Below, in pieces: positions 1 to 8,965 of a DNA stretch of 64,000 nt. The position numbers and the translations under genes were made by a program. Origin of the DNA: an uncultured Clostridia bacterium (lineage in GTDB: Bacteria; Bacillota; Clostridia; TANB77; CAG-508); contig CAKPKP010000005.1 of assembly GCA_934167495.1 (NCBI GenBank), forward strand, positions 19,451 to 83,450. Reading direction: 5' to 3'. Each line of letters begins with the position of its first letter. Positions within the stretch are counted from its first letter, which is position 1. The notes beneath the pieces are model-generated. The model had not been told where the DNA came from. It did not search any database and worked only from the letters and a program-made list of their open reading frames with translations.

Positions 1-566
1 GATTCTTCTATTTCTGTAAAATTACTAAATGTAGGGAATTTAAATGTGCTTAAAGTTGGCTCTACAGAATTTAAATAAGATGATATTTGATTAAATGAAC
101 TATAAAAATTCTCTACTGTTGGATTACTTAATACAACTGCATCTGCAAATACTTTGTATTGAGTACTATTTCCAGATAGTTGACTATAATTCTGCCACGT
201 ACTTTTTGCACTTTCACTCTTTAATAATGGTTGAATTTTTAACATTAAAAATATTTGATTGTTAGTATCCTTTGGATCATATGCTCTAATTGCATAATAC
301 ATTCCAGTTCCACCTGTCTCTACTGTCCAACCTTTTGGCTTTTTCATACTAAAAGCTGTGTTTGAAAAATCCTCCAATTCTATTGCTTCTTCTTTAACTA
401 CTTTTACATTTTCTTTGTTCAATATACTATTATTTGAATTATTATTTATAGCTATCTCACCTCCATTTTTTTGATTTATCAAAATTGCTAATAATACAAA
501 AATTATTATTATCAAAGCCACTATAACTATAAGAAATATTTTTTTACTTTTATTTTTTTCTTCCAT
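1..566 (-). CDS. Hypothetical membrane-anchored protein (N-terminal TM helix), 3' end outside the window. It is not in the supplied ORF track because no stop codon lies inside the window.
   Basis: Reverse-complement reading from ATG (plus coords 566..564) gives MEEKNKSKKIFLIVIVALIIIIFVLLAILINQKNGGEIAINNN... and stays open to position 1. AAGGAG RBS 7 nt upstream. Confidence 0.5.
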   Translation of the reverse strand, partial: MEEKNKSKKIFLIVIVALIIIIFVLLAILINQKNGGEIAINNNSNNSILNKENVKVVKEEAIELEDFSNTAFSMKKPKGWTVETGGTGMYYAIRAYDPKDTNNQIFLMLKIQPLLKSESAKSTWQNYSQLSGNSTQYKVFADAVVLSNPTVENFYSSFNQISSYLNSVEPTLSTFKFPTFSNFTEIEE

Positions 567-676
567 ACTTATAACTCCTTTTACTAAATATATCACATAA
601 TACTTTTTTATTTTATGTTTTTACCACTTTTTCCATGCATTTTTGGTAATTATATTTTGCTTTTAATTTACTAATA

Positions 677-1249
677 TTACATACTCTTTATATATCTATA
701 TATTTCGCCCCAGTTACTAACTTCTTTTAAATATTCATTTTGTTCTAATTTTTTCATTTCTTTATCTCTAAAATAAATTGTTTTAATACCATTTGATGAT
801 AATTTCTTACAAACCTCATATGAATCATCTATCATAAAATCAATATTTTCTTTTTGTGCAACTTCTAGTTTATCTTCTTGTTTCCAGTAATATGCGTTAA
901 ATGAAATTCCTTCTTCTTTAAACTTTGCCATTGCAACATCCTTCATTTCTTCTATCATACCTCCTCTTGCTGATATTACAACAAATTCATTTCCTTCTTT
1001 TTGCAACATATTAATTACATCTTTTGCACCTGGTATTAGTTGTGTTTGTTTTGACAATTTTAAGAAATATTTATTAACAAAATTCATCCTCTCCTCTTCA
1101 GTCCAGTCATATCTATTTCTTAAATAATGTTCATTTCTATTAATAATCCCATTTTTCTTTAATTCTATAAAATCGTATAAATCACCATAAGTTTTTAATA
1201 CTCTTTCATAATCTAGTATTACTCCATCTACATCTATTCCTATTTTCAT
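677..1249 (-). CDS. HAD-superfamily 5'(3')-deoxyribonucleotidase-like hydrolase
   Basis: N-terminal MKIGIDVDGVILD (DxDG HAD motif I). Size and motif layout resemble the NT5C/YorS-type nucleotidases. Confidence 0.5.
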   Translation of the reverse strand: MKIGIDVDGVILDYERVLKTYGDLYDFIELKKNGIINRNEHYLRNRYDWTEEERMNFVNKYFLKLSKQTQLIPGAKDVINMLQKEGNEFVVISARGGMIEEMKDVAMAKFKEEGISFNAYYWKQEDKLEVAQKENIDFMIDDSYEVCKKLSSNGIKTIYFRDKEMKKLEQNEYLKEVSNWGEIYRYIKSM

Positions 1250-1319
1250 AATTTTCCCCCTTTATTTTTTTCACTCCAACTATATATATAATATACTTTC
1301 GCCTTCTCTACCATTACTC

Positions 1320-2039
1320 CTATTTTATAGCAAGACTTCCTTCAATTCTTGATTCGATATACTTACTAATTTTAGAATCTATACTAAAGTCGGAATCAAA
1401 ACATTCATCAATAATTTGGTTAATATTTAGTTTTTTATAATTCTCCTTTGACTTTTCATTTGATGAAATAAATATATTTTTTCCGCCTATACTATGTATG
1501 TATTCAAATGCAAATTTGTCAGTTAATCCATCTCCAAAATATACAATTTCTTGTGTTTCATTATTTTCACTTTGAATTCTTCTTATAACCTCTACTTTCT
1601 TTTCATCTGTCAATAAAAAATCTATATCTTCTAGCATCTCGTTTTCTTTTTTAAAAGTTACCCCATAAATTCCATCTACTAACTTACTAATTGCTGTCTC
1701 TTCAATATAATCCTTTATACCGGAAGTAACTATATAATGCTTAATTCCTGTTTTTGAACTTTGAAATTTTTTAAAATATTCTATAACTCCATTATTAAAT
1801 TTAACGTTTTTTGCCCCTAAACAAATATTGTTTCTTGACATTATGATTCCATTTTCTCTTAAAATATCTCTATAACATTTATAATAAGAATCATATATTC
1901 CTACAGCATTACCATTTTCTATTTCTTTATTAATTCTTTTCATTAAAATTTCATCTGTATAACCAGTTTGACGTAATATTTCATATTGTGGTAATGAATA
2001 TGGAGTTAATGTGCCATCAAAATCATATATTATTATCAT
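1320..2039 (-). CDS. HAD-family hydrolase (phosphatase)
   Basis: MIIIYDFDGTLT motif I (DxDGT); later FGDGLTD-like motif III. Confidence 0.55.
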   Translation of the reverse strand: MIIIYDFDGTLTPYSLPQYEILRQTGYTDEILMKRINKEIENGNAVGIYDSYYKCYRDILRENGIIMSRNNICLGAKNVKFNNGVIEYFKKFQSSKTGIKHYIVTSGIKDYIEETAISKLVDGIYGVTFKKENEMLEDIDFLLTDEKKVEVIRRIQSENNETQEIVYFGDGLTDKFAFEYIHSIGGKNIFISSNEKSKENYKKLNINQIIDECFDSDFSIDSKISKYIESRIEGSLAIK

Positions 2040-2127
2040 TTTTTAGTCTCCCAATTATATCTTTTAGATAGATTTTATAATTGCTCATATTTTGAAATAA
2101 TTTCAATCTGTCTACAATACAGCAATT

Positions 2128-2958
2128 TTATATTTCAAATCTTATATAAGCCCTATCATCATAACTTTCTTGATTGTTATAAAAACCTCTTTCATAAGCA
2201 AATTCTTTATAACAAAGAGGATCAACTTCTTTAATATGTTTTAAATATTCTTCTGACTCCTTTAAACTACTAAATGGCTTTCTATATCCATCTGATACAA
2301 AAACAATTTCTTTTACATCAGATGGAACATCAATACATTTTATTAATTCTTTATTAGGGTTATTAAATCCATCAATCACTGCATAATCATATTTACTATT
2401 ATATAATTTATTTCTTATGTATGGTTGTCTTTTTGATAAATTCTGCACAAACTTTCCTGCAACATCTTCCTCTAGAAGTTGTTCCTCTGTATATCCTGTT
2501 GCTAAAAAATATTCTATTGTCATTATTCTTATTTTAGTATATAATTCATCAACTTCTAATTTATTTTCAAGTATATTATCACCATATAAAGCCATGCAAT
2601 CTCCTATTAACCATATTTGATTATAGTTTTTTGAATATATTATAACAGATGCAGATGGTTGGTCAGCAGCATCTCCTGATATTTCTTCAAAAATATTGTG
2701 TTTCTTATAAAACTCAAGTATATAATTATTTAAAAAATCTATACTTTGATAACAGTCAAACTTATTATTTAACTTTGGGATAGCTTCTAATAAAACATCA
2801 CATATTATTTTTCCTAATTTTTTATTTTCATACTTAAACGGGCTTTGAGAAGTAACTCCATCTATTACAGCTATAAAATCTTCTGTAACACAAATACCAT
2901 CTTCACATAATTCTTCCTTATTAAATTTTCCTCTTAAAAATTTTTCTATAACTCTCAT
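2128..2958 (-). CDS. Divergent PP2C-like (SpoIIE-like) phosphatase domain protein
   Basis: Spacing of AVIDGVTS, WLIGDCMALYG and VFVSDGY resembles PP2C motifs (DGxGG / GDSR / SDG). Low similarity, tentative. Confidence 0.3.
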   Translation of the reverse strand: MRVIEKFLRGKFNKEELCEDGICVTEDFIAVIDGVTSQSPFKYENKKLGKIICDVLLEAIPKLNNKFDCYQSIDFLNNYILEFYKKHNIFEEISGDAADQPSASVIIYSKNYNQIWLIGDCMALYGDNILENKLEVDELYTKIRIMTIEYFLATGYTEEQLLEEDVAGKFVQNLSKRQPYIRNKLYNSKYDYAVIDGFNNPNKELIKCIDVPSDVKEIVFVSDGYRKPFSSLKESEEYLKHIKEVDPLCYKEFAYERGFYNNQESYDDRAYIRFEI

Positions 2959-2995
2959 ATCTGCTCCTCTCTTCTATAATTTGCCATTTATTAAA

Positions 2996-3327
2996 CTAAT
3001 CTTTATAATTTAACAACTCTAGTCTTAACTTATCATATACCTTAGTTTCAAGTTTTGATTTTTTCTTTAATTCTTCAAATTTATTATCCATAAGTGTAAA
3101 CTCTTCTCTTGCACTCATTGCATGATCTGATATACAAATTTTTCCTATAAAATTAGAAAACATAAATCTATAAATAAATGCACATAAATCCTTTTTATTA
3201 ACACAATTTTCATATTCACCTTTAGGAAGTATTTCATATCCTAGTTTTTTTAAGACATCATACCCTTCGATAATCGCATCCATAAATTTGAGCCAAGTAC
3301 ACCAGCACCAATAATTAATATTCTCAT
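2996..3327 (-). pseudogene. Frameshifted and truncated remnant of an NAD(P)-binding Rossmann oxidoreductase (ketopantoate-reductase-like N-terminus)
   Basis: Upstream of the 95-aa ORF, a second frame reads MRILIIGAGVLGSNLWMRLSKGMMS* (GxGxxG Rossmann motif) with a GGAGG RBS. The two frames together total about 110 aa, far shorter than a full-length enzyme. Confidence 0.4.
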
Positions 3328-3362
3328 TTTACCTCCTTCTTTTTCATATACTATTATATTTT

Positions 3363-4256
3363 TTATCTCACCAAAACTCCATTAAAAAATTGTTCTTGAA
3401 ATGCAATCTGTGCATATATTTCATCATCACTTGGAATATTCACATCACTACGGATATTCCCTTCTTCATCACAAGGAACTACAATCCATTTGGTTTCATT
3501 ATCATCATATCGATGATATACTGCAATTACTTTTCCTGTATATTCCGTTACAACTGAATTCTCCCCCAAAAGATAAATATCCTGCTCCGCTCCATCGCCA
3601 CCTTTTACATCAGTAACATATCCGTAATTAATAGGATAAATTATATTTTTATGTTTTGGATGAAAACTTCCAATAGGACGATCTATTTTTCCTCTTACTA
3701 CTTGACCTATGACATCACGATATCTATCTAAAGGTATAGGATTTTTCTCAACTTCAAAAATATCACCAATACTCAAACAGCATTCACCACGATCATACAT
3801 TTCTTTAATTTCTTCCAATGTAAGCCATTTTGTTTGAATTACTTCTTTTGTTGTAGCTCTTTGTAAATCTGGTTCTTCTGTTATCTCAAAATAATAAGAA
3901 TCTCTTATCCAGTTATATCGGCATCCATGATAAGTCATTGCAACTTTTGTAGCAAGAATTGTTGCATTTTCTGGTTGTAATGTGATTCCTACTTCCTCAA
4001 ATACTTCTCTCAAAGCAGCATCTAAGCTATTTTCTCCTAATATGGAATGTCCCTCAACTGTTTCCCATTTCAAAGGATCTCTGTCTTTATCTGCAGAGCG
4101 CTGAGACACTAAATATTTTCCGGTCTTAGTATTTTTAATAAATACCATAACCCACATATGAAATTCATCTTCCAAAAGATTTCCTTGTTCACCACGAACA
4201 CACTTTTTTCCTGTTCTTTTCCTATCTCTTGTATACACGTCCCACAATTCACTCAT
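3363..4256 (-). CDS. NUDIX hydrolase fused to a family-I inorganic pyrophosphatase domain
   Basis: Nudix box GHSILGENSLDAALREVFEEVG in the N-terminal half. The C-terminal half has YPINYGYVTDVKGGDGAEQDIYLLG and IPSDDEIYAQIAFQEQFF, which match the PPase motifs YPxNYGxI...DGDPxDVLV and AQIAHFF. Local GC is visibly higher than the flanks. Confidence 0.7.
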   Translation of the reverse strand: MSELWDVYTRDRKRTGKKCVRGEQGNLLEDEFHMWVMVFIKNTKTGKYLVSQRSADKDRDPLKWETVEGHSILGENSLDAALREVFEEVGITLQPENATILATKVAMTYHGCRYNWIRDSYYFEITEEPDLQRATTKEVIQTKWLTLEEIKEMYDRGECCLSIGDIFEVEKNPIPLDRYRDVIGQVVRGKIDRPIGSFHPKHKNIIYPINYGYVTDVKGGDGAEQDIYLLGENSVVTEYTGKVIAVYHRYDDNETKWIVVPCDEEGNIRSDVNIPSDDEIYAQIAFQEQFFNGVLVR

Positions 4257-4475
4257 TGCTAATCCATATTCCTTTCTACTTTCTATTTCTTCTATTTTAT
4301 ATCATAAATCAACATTTTTTTATAGTCTTTTATAAATGGTTTCAAAAATATTCTTTCTTACGCTTATGTTTCAATATTTTAAGTGTTGCATGATGCACAC
4401 TATTCTGCCTTAAGTCTCTTTTTTTAGTTCATTCAATCTAAAATATTCTATATTACATATTTTCCAGTATTTTTG

Positions 4476-6092
4476 TTAATTATTTATACTTTTTAATTCA
4501 TTCCATCTATCTATAGACATCAAAACCTCTCTTGGCTTACTTCCTTGATAACCAGATATAATTCCTCTTTCTTCCATCTGATCAATAATTCTTCCTGCTC
4601 TTGCATAACCTATTTCAAATCTTCTTTGTATAAATGAAGTAGAAGCTTGTCCTGTTTCTATTACTGCATCTATGGCATCCATTAAAAAAGGATCTGTATC
4701 ATCATCAATATCTAATTTATGATTATTTAATATTTGAAATCTATCTTCATTATATCCATTTTTTTCTTCTGATTTTATATAATTAGTAACTTTTTCTAAC
4801 TCATTATTAGAGATAAAAGCACATTGATATCTTTTTAATTCATATATACCAACTTCTTTAAAAAACATATCTCCATTTCCTAATAGTTCTTCTGCTCCTA
4901 TAGCATCTAAAACTACTTTTGAATCAATTTGTGATGGAAGTCTAAAAACTACTCTAGTAGGTATATTGGCTTTTATTGTTCCGTTTATAATATTTATTGA
5001 AGGTCTTTCAGTAACTATTATGATATATATTCCAACAGCCCTTGCTTTCTGAGTTAGTATGTAAATATATTCTTCAATTTCCTTTTTATCTGTTTCTATT
5101 AAATCAGCATATTCATCTATAATAAGTATAATATTAGGCAATTTCTCACAATCATTATGTTTTTCATTATATTCTTCTATATTCTTTACGCCTTTATTTT
5201 TAAGCATTATATATCTATTCTGCACCTCTTGACAGAGCCATGCCAATGCTCCTAAAGCCTTTCTTGTATCAGTTATAACTGGTACTAATAAATGTGGTAT
5301 TTTATTATATAATGATAATTCTACAATTTTAGTATCTATCATTAAAAATTTTACTTCATTTGGTTTTGCTTTATATAAAATACTATTTATTAATATATGT
5401 AAAAACATACTCTTTCCAGATCCTGTTGTTCCTGAAATTAACATATGGGATGTTTTTTCAATATCCATTATTTTATATTTTCCATAAATATCTTTTCCCA
5501 ATCCAACTGTAAGTTTAGATATACTATTTTTAAATTCTTCAGCTTTTATAATTTCTCCTAATTTAACTATCTCTTTATCTCTTCTTTCAGTTTCGATACC
5601 TAATAATTGCTTTTCTGGTATTATTTTAATATCTATAATTTTTGTTCCTAAATTTAAAGCTAAATCATCTTTTAGTTTCTTTACTTTATTAACAGCAATG
5701 CCTTCATCTAATCTTATTTCATATGTTACAATTATTGGACCTATTGATACCTCTTCTACTTTAGCTTTCACTCCAAAGCTATATAATGTTCTTTGCAATT
5801 TTTTAGCACTTTCTACTAATATTTTTTTACTTTCTATTTGATTGAAATTTGTTTTCACATCTAATAATTCTAATGGTGGTAAATTATATTCTATTATTTC
5901 TGTTTCACTTTCTAGTGTTTCATTTTGACTATTATTTTGTTCTTTTTCTGTTAGTATTATATCTTCTTTTTGGTTTTCTTTAATTTCTATAACTTCTTGT
6001 TTAAATAATATTTCTTCATTTTCTTTTATTGCTTCAGCTACTAAATCGTTATTTTTTTTATTTTTTATAAATTTAAAAAATCTTTCTATCAT
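4476..6092 (-). CDS. FtsK/SpoIIIE-family DNA translocase ATPase, soluble form without an N-terminal membrane domain, with a C-terminal gamma winged-helix
   Basis: Walker A GTTGSGKSMFLH. The C-terminal DPFLMDAIDAVIETGQASTSFIQRRFEIGYARAGRIIDQMEERGII resembles the FtsK gamma domain. No hydrophobic N-terminus. Confidence 0.75.
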   Translation of the reverse strand: MIERFFKFIKNKKNNDLVAEAIKENEEILFKQEVIEIKENQKEDIILTEKEQNNSQNETLESETEIIEYNLPPLELLDVKTNFNQIESKKILVESAKKLQRTLYSFGVKAKVEEVSIGPIIVTYEIRLDEGIAVNKVKKLKDDLALNLGTKIIDIKIIPEKQLLGIETERRDKEIVKLGEIIKAEEFKNSISKLTVGLGKDIYGKYKIMDIEKTSHMLISGTTGSGKSMFLHILINSILYKAKPNEVKFLMIDTKIVELSLYNKIPHLLVPVITDTRKALGALAWLCQEVQNRYIMLKNKGVKNIEEYNEKHNDCEKLPNIILIIDEYADLIETDKKEIEEYIYILTQKARAVGIYIIIVTERPSINIINGTIKANIPTRVVFRLPSQIDSKVVLDAIGAEELLGNGDMFFKEVGIYELKRYQCAFISNNELEKVTNYIKSEEKNGYNEDRFQILNNHKLDIDDDTDPFLMDAIDAVIETGQASTSFIQRRFEIGYARAGRIIDQMEERGIISGYQGSKPREVLMSIDRWNELKSINN

Positions 6093-6110
6093 AATTTTTC
6101 CTTTTTATTT

Positions 6111-7607
6111 TTATATACTTACATATTTTTGATTTTTATGATTTGGTTTTTCTGGTATAGTCATCTGCAACAATCCTTTTTCTAATAATGGTTTTAAATA
6201 TAGCATTGTGAAATTTCTTGTATGTTTATATTCCATATATTCCATTATCTCTTTTTTGCTATGCGGTTCATTACAAAATTCTAATATCTTTATTTCTTGC
6301 TCATTTAACTTAGTCGGTTCTTGGTCGGTTCTTGGTCGGTCTTTTATTTCATTTTCAAATCCCTCATGCATAAATATAGTTGTAATAAAATAATCTCTTG
6401 TATCATTTGTTTCAAATTCTGGTTCTTTTGAACCATTATTTTTTAAAGCTCTTTTAATTTTGGGAACTCCTGTATTTCTGCCCTCTGTTAATTTCAATTC
6501 TTTCAAAAATTCACCAATTCTACGATTTCTATATTTTCTTGCTATCATATTTTTATCTTCAATTGATTTTTCGCTTATTGAGCGATCTGGTCCGGGATAG
6601 CTTACAATATGAATTCTATCTTCCATTATTCTTACTTCCACAGGTTCTCTTACATCATATCCTCTGTGATATACTGCATTTACAAGGGCTTCTTCAATTG
6701 CTTGATAAGGATAATTGAAAAATCTTTCTGCTTCTGCTTGTCCTTCAATTTTTAGTATTCTTTCTTCAATTACTGTATTTCTAATAAAAGTTAATGCACT
6801 TTTTATCATACTATCTATTGGTCCTTTAAATATTCTCTCTGTCATATTATCACCTTCAGGACCATTTCTTAAATCTACTACTTCTATTTGTGAATATGGA
6901 AAGAATTTTTGTGGTTCATCATTAAAGAACATTAAACCAACATTTAGTGGTTTCATATATTCTGGTGTTCCATCAACAATTCTCATACTTTTGCATAAAT
7001 TCATAAAATCCATATTTTCAGATTCTTTTAATAAATCACTCTTAATTTCATATAAATAATTTTGAATTAATGGCAATTTCAAATCTCTAATTTCCGCTTC
7101 ATGATTCATCCTATCGTCAAAAGGAATTGTTCTTGCCATATCATATAATTCTTTTTGCTCTGTTTCTGTTGCTTTTACTGTATTGGACATTTTTCTTATA
7201 TAATATGAATATCCTCTGGAAAAATCTTTATCTAATGTTGTTGGACACTTGTATGGTCTTGTTTGTCCTCCAAAGCACCATACTACTAATATATTTTTCT
7301 CTTTATATTTTGCAACATCTACTATTGGTGTATATGATGGTTGTATTAATTTGCATTTTGCTAGTAATTCTTTTTGAATTTTATCTATTTCTGATAATTC
7401 CAGTCCTGTTATTGGAATTTTAGGTCTCCCGTTTTCTTCTTCGACACCAATTAATATATATCCTCCACCCCAATTATCTATATCATTTGCAAATGCACAA
7501 ATTGTATGTAATATTGGTTCTGGATTCCAATTTTTCTTTAATTCTAACCTTGCATTTTCGACAATGTTCTCATTTAGTATATTCTCTATACTTGTAGGTA
7601 ATTTCAT
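6111..7607 (-). CDS. AlbA_2 (Schlafen-like) plus HATPase_c_4 ATP-binding putative DNA-binding protein (COG2865-like)
   Basis: N-terminal ICAFANDIDNWGGGYILIGVEEENG (AlbA_2 signature). Later EEALVNAVYHRGYDVREPVEVRIMEDRIHIVSYPGP (HATPase_c_4 signature). C-terminal HTH-like tail. Confidence 0.65.
   Translation of the reverse strand: MKLPTSIENILNENIVENARLELKKNWNPEPILHTICAFANDIDNWGGGYILIGVEEENGRPKIPITGLELSEIDKIQKELLAKCKLIQPSYTPIVDVAKYKEKNILVVWCFGGQTRPYKCPTTLDKDFSRGYSYYIRKMSNTVKATETEQKELYDMARTIPFDDRMNHEAEIRDLKLPLIQNYLYEIKSDLLKESENMDFMNLCKSMRIVDGTPEYMKPLNVGLMFFNDEPQKFFPYSQIEVVDLRNGPEGDNMTERIFKGPIDSMIKSALTFIRNTVIEERILKIEGQAEAERFFNYPYQAIEEALVNAVYHRGYDVREPVEVRIMEDRIHIVSYPGPDRSISEKSIEDKNMIARKYRNRRIGEFLKELKLTEGRNTGVPKIKRALKNNGSKEPEFETNDTRDYFITTIFMHEGFENEIKDRPRTDQEPTKLNEQEIKILEFCNEPHSKKEIMEYMEYKHTRNFTMLYLKPLLEKGLLQMTIPEKPNHKNQKYVSI
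6313..6345. repeat. 11-nt tandem repeat (tcggttcttgg), about 2.6 copies, inside the 3' part of the 6111..7607 CDS
   Basis: Direct reading: tagtcggttcttggtcggttcttggtcggtctttt. Confidence 0.6.
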
Positions 7608-7688
7608 ACTTTCAACTTCCTCTCAATCATAAAATATTTTAAAACTTTACTTTTTCCTTTGATATTTTACTTTCAAATTTCTTTTGTT

Positions 7689-8561
7689 TTAATAAGTTTC
7701 TTCTCTTAAAACGCCTAAACCCAAATAAAATTTCTGATTATTTAATAATTTTTCTTTTATTTTCTTTTGTAATGTTGTATTTTCAGATAATTCTTTATAA
7801 TCATTACATTTATTTATTCCATATACAAAATTCATAATATCATTAACACAATCTTCTCCATCTTTAATATCAAACAAATTACGAAAAAGTGAAATATTTG
7901 AATTTTTATCAAGTATATTATAAATCTGATTGCTTAATAACCATGAATTACAGATATACTTAGTTTTATCTAAATTATATATTTGTTTTAATATATTTTT
8001 TGACTCTTTTATTGAATCCTTTACTTCTATTAAATCCAATTTTTTACCTTTAGGTATATGAATCTTTATTATAGAAATATTTTTTTCTGTATCATCATAT
8101 TCATATTGTAATCTTCCTATTTCTATAATTCTAACTCTAATGAAATATACTGCCCATAGCATTTGCGATATTCTCACACCGTTATACTTTCTATATATCA
8201 AGTCACTTTCAAAGCATTCTTTTACTCTACTCTTATGAATATTAACTTGATTTATATCTAATCTGTATTTATCAATATTATTTTTATGTAATTCATACCC
8301 CAATATTATCATTAAATTTGTTACAAATGGATTTACATTATTTCCAAATAATTCATTAATATCTTTTATTTCCCATAATTCTTTTATTTTAATAAAATCA
8401 CTACAATATAAAGTTTTATACACATCATCAAATAATTTTTTATAATACTCACTTTGCTTTATTTCCTCGGCGCACCTATAACATTTTTCTTTGTATGATT
8501 TATCTATATTATAAAATTCAAATGCTTCATCAATTTTATTTTTACTAATCATTTTTATCAC
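7689..8561 (-). CDS. Hypothetical protein (AT-rich accessory)
   Basis: 290-aa ORF with no motif I can assign. Confidence 0.4.
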   Translation of the reverse strand: MIKMISKNKIDEAFEFYNIDKSYKEKCYRCAEEIKQSEYYKKLFDDVYKTLYCSDFIKIKELWEIKDINELFGNNVNPFVTNLMIILGYELHKNNIDKYRLDINQVNIHKSRVKECFESDLIYRKYNGVRISQMLWAVYFIRVRIIEIGRLQYEYDDTEKNISIIKIHIPKGKKLDLIEVKDSIKESKNILKQIYNLDKTKYICNSWLLSNQIYNILDKNSNISLFRNLFDIKDGEDCVNDIMNFVYGINKCNDYKELSENTTLQKKIKEKLLNNQKFYLGLGVLREETY

Positions 8562-8883
8562 CTACTTAATAAAATTTTAATTTTATTAGTTTAATATTAT
8601 TTTCCAAAATTTTTTCAATATAATACTGTTACAAACTCACATGTATCGTTTCTCTCTAGTTACAGTGTTATTTTAATGTTGTTTATTGCCTGTAGCAGTA
8701 AATTTATCTTTGCTATTTCTTTTTTCATGCTACCATTATATTACTCTGTTTTTATAAAATCAATTCCCTTTTTATTCCCTGTTTTCTATTTCTTATATAA
8801 TTTAAAATGTGCTTTTAAAATTTAGTTAATGTTGTGCCATAGCACATGCATTTTAACCTTGACTTGATTTTATAAAGCACATA

Positions 8884-8925
8884 AAAAACCCCTTAGTAAT
8901 TATAATTACTAAAGGGTTTTACTAC
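8884..8925 (-). terminator. Bidirectional rho-independent terminator downstream of the kinase gene
   Basis: aaaaaa-CCCCTTAGTAATTAtaATTACTAAAGGG-tttt: perfect stem flanked by A-run and T-run. Confidence 0.6.
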
Positions 8926-8965
8926 AATTTAATCTAGCTTTTGGAATTACCATTAGCTAATTTAA

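Noticed and set aside
2417-7423. Several short plus-strand ORFs (2417..2620, 3401..3616, 6208..6393, 6715..7059, 7127..7423)
   Set aside because: All are embedded antisense in longer, motif-supported minus-strand genes. Hydrophobic or low-complexity translations.
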